Assembly (NCBI GenBank): GCA_964016885.1
Contig: OZ024750.1
Location: 7,192,001 to 7,256,000, forward strand
Source of the DNA: Eledone cirrhosa
Lineage: Eukaryota
DNA: 64,000 nucleotides
Direction of reading: 5' to 3'
Shown here: positions 63,108 to 64,000 of the stretch, one piece after another
How positions within the stretch are numbered: the stretch's first letter is position 1
How the letters are laid out: each line of letters starts with the position of its first letter
Position numbers and translations under genes: made by a program
The notes under the pieces: model-generated
What the model saw: the letters and a program-made list of their open reading frames with translations, nothing else
The model's database searches: none
Told to the model about the DNA's origin: nothing

Positions 63108-64000
63108 TCAGTTTCTCATAGGAATAAGGTTTTATATGTTGAGATGTATAAGAATGTTTTAATCTTGACCAACTGGGGTTTCATAAAAGCAACATCATAA
63201 ATATTTAGCATGTTTATCTTTTAAGTCATTTATGGGACTGGTAATTTATTTTACTCTCATCTTAGCAATTTTCTTTTTATTATTGATGTTGGTGAAAGGT
63301 GATTGATTGGTAGTAATTGGCAGAGAATCAGACAACATGCTGTGTGGCATAGAGTTACGGCCTTTTATGTTCTGAATTCAAATCCTGCCAAAGTTAAACT
63401 TTGCCTTTCATCCTTACAGGATCAATAAAACAAATCACCAGTAATGCACTGGGGTCGAGTTAATCCTTAACTTTCCCTTTCCCTTCAAATTGCTGGCCTT
63501 GTGCCAAAAGTAGAAACAATTATTATTGTGAAAATTGCTTGAATTCTTTATATTTTGAATTGTGCAGTTAGTTGAAAAGCATTCTTAAAAAAAGCAATAT
63601 TATATGAATAAAATATGGCAACATGGACTTAAAACTATGATGATGATGATGATAATGATGGTGATGATGATGATGATGGTAATGATGGTGATGGTAATGA
63701 TGATAAAAAAAATTGTTTATATTTTTATATTCATGAATTCTTCAAATAAGAAGAATTTTCTTTTTCCTCTTCACTTATGATATATATCAATATTCTTGGA
63801 AGGATTTTTTAAAATGCCAATATAGGAAGAAAACATTTCAAGTGATGCGTGTCAACTGTATTGTCTATAAATTGGAAACCATATATTTCAAGTTAGAAAT
63901 CTCGAGATGGCATATTTATAAATGTCAGTTGAGTTTTTTGTTTGATCAGTTATTTCAGTGTTATAGGTTTGTTCAAACAGAGCTGACGGATATATTAACT

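Overview
This is AT-rich, microsatellite- and SINE-dense animal genomic DNA, most likely from an octopod/coleoid cephalopod (inferred from the mollusc-type protein and the repeat landscape). The whole window lies inside one minus-strand gene, the large-conductance Ca2+-activated K+ channel Slo1/BK (slowpoke/KCNMA1). I traced by hand eight GT-AG exons with consistent phases, from the end of S6 through RCK1 to the CxxCH heme-motif exon (62842 down to 37387). Three further linker exons follow (36, 45 and 91 nt). The 5' exons and RCK2/Ca-bowl exons lie outside the window. Three things stand out. (1) The ~37 kb encoding the RCK1-RCK2 linker (the STREX/site-C2 equivalent) holds an array of frame-preserving candidate microexons and cassettes (6, 9, 15, 27/9, 36 and 114 nt), several frame-shifting candidates and a strong AG|GT recursive-splice-type site. 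(2) The introns hold seven type I hammerhead-ribozyme-like motifs, probably from Penelope-like elements. Five are in the sense of the Slo1 pre-mRNA, two of those sit next to their own antisense copy, and one has a compensatory U3-A8 core. (3) Several near-perfect fold-back hairpins and inverted SINE/MITE pairs flank exons and are plausible ADAR or back-splicing substrates. Nearly all ORFs in the supplied track are microsatellite artefacts. All coordinates and pairings were read by eye and no database search was run.
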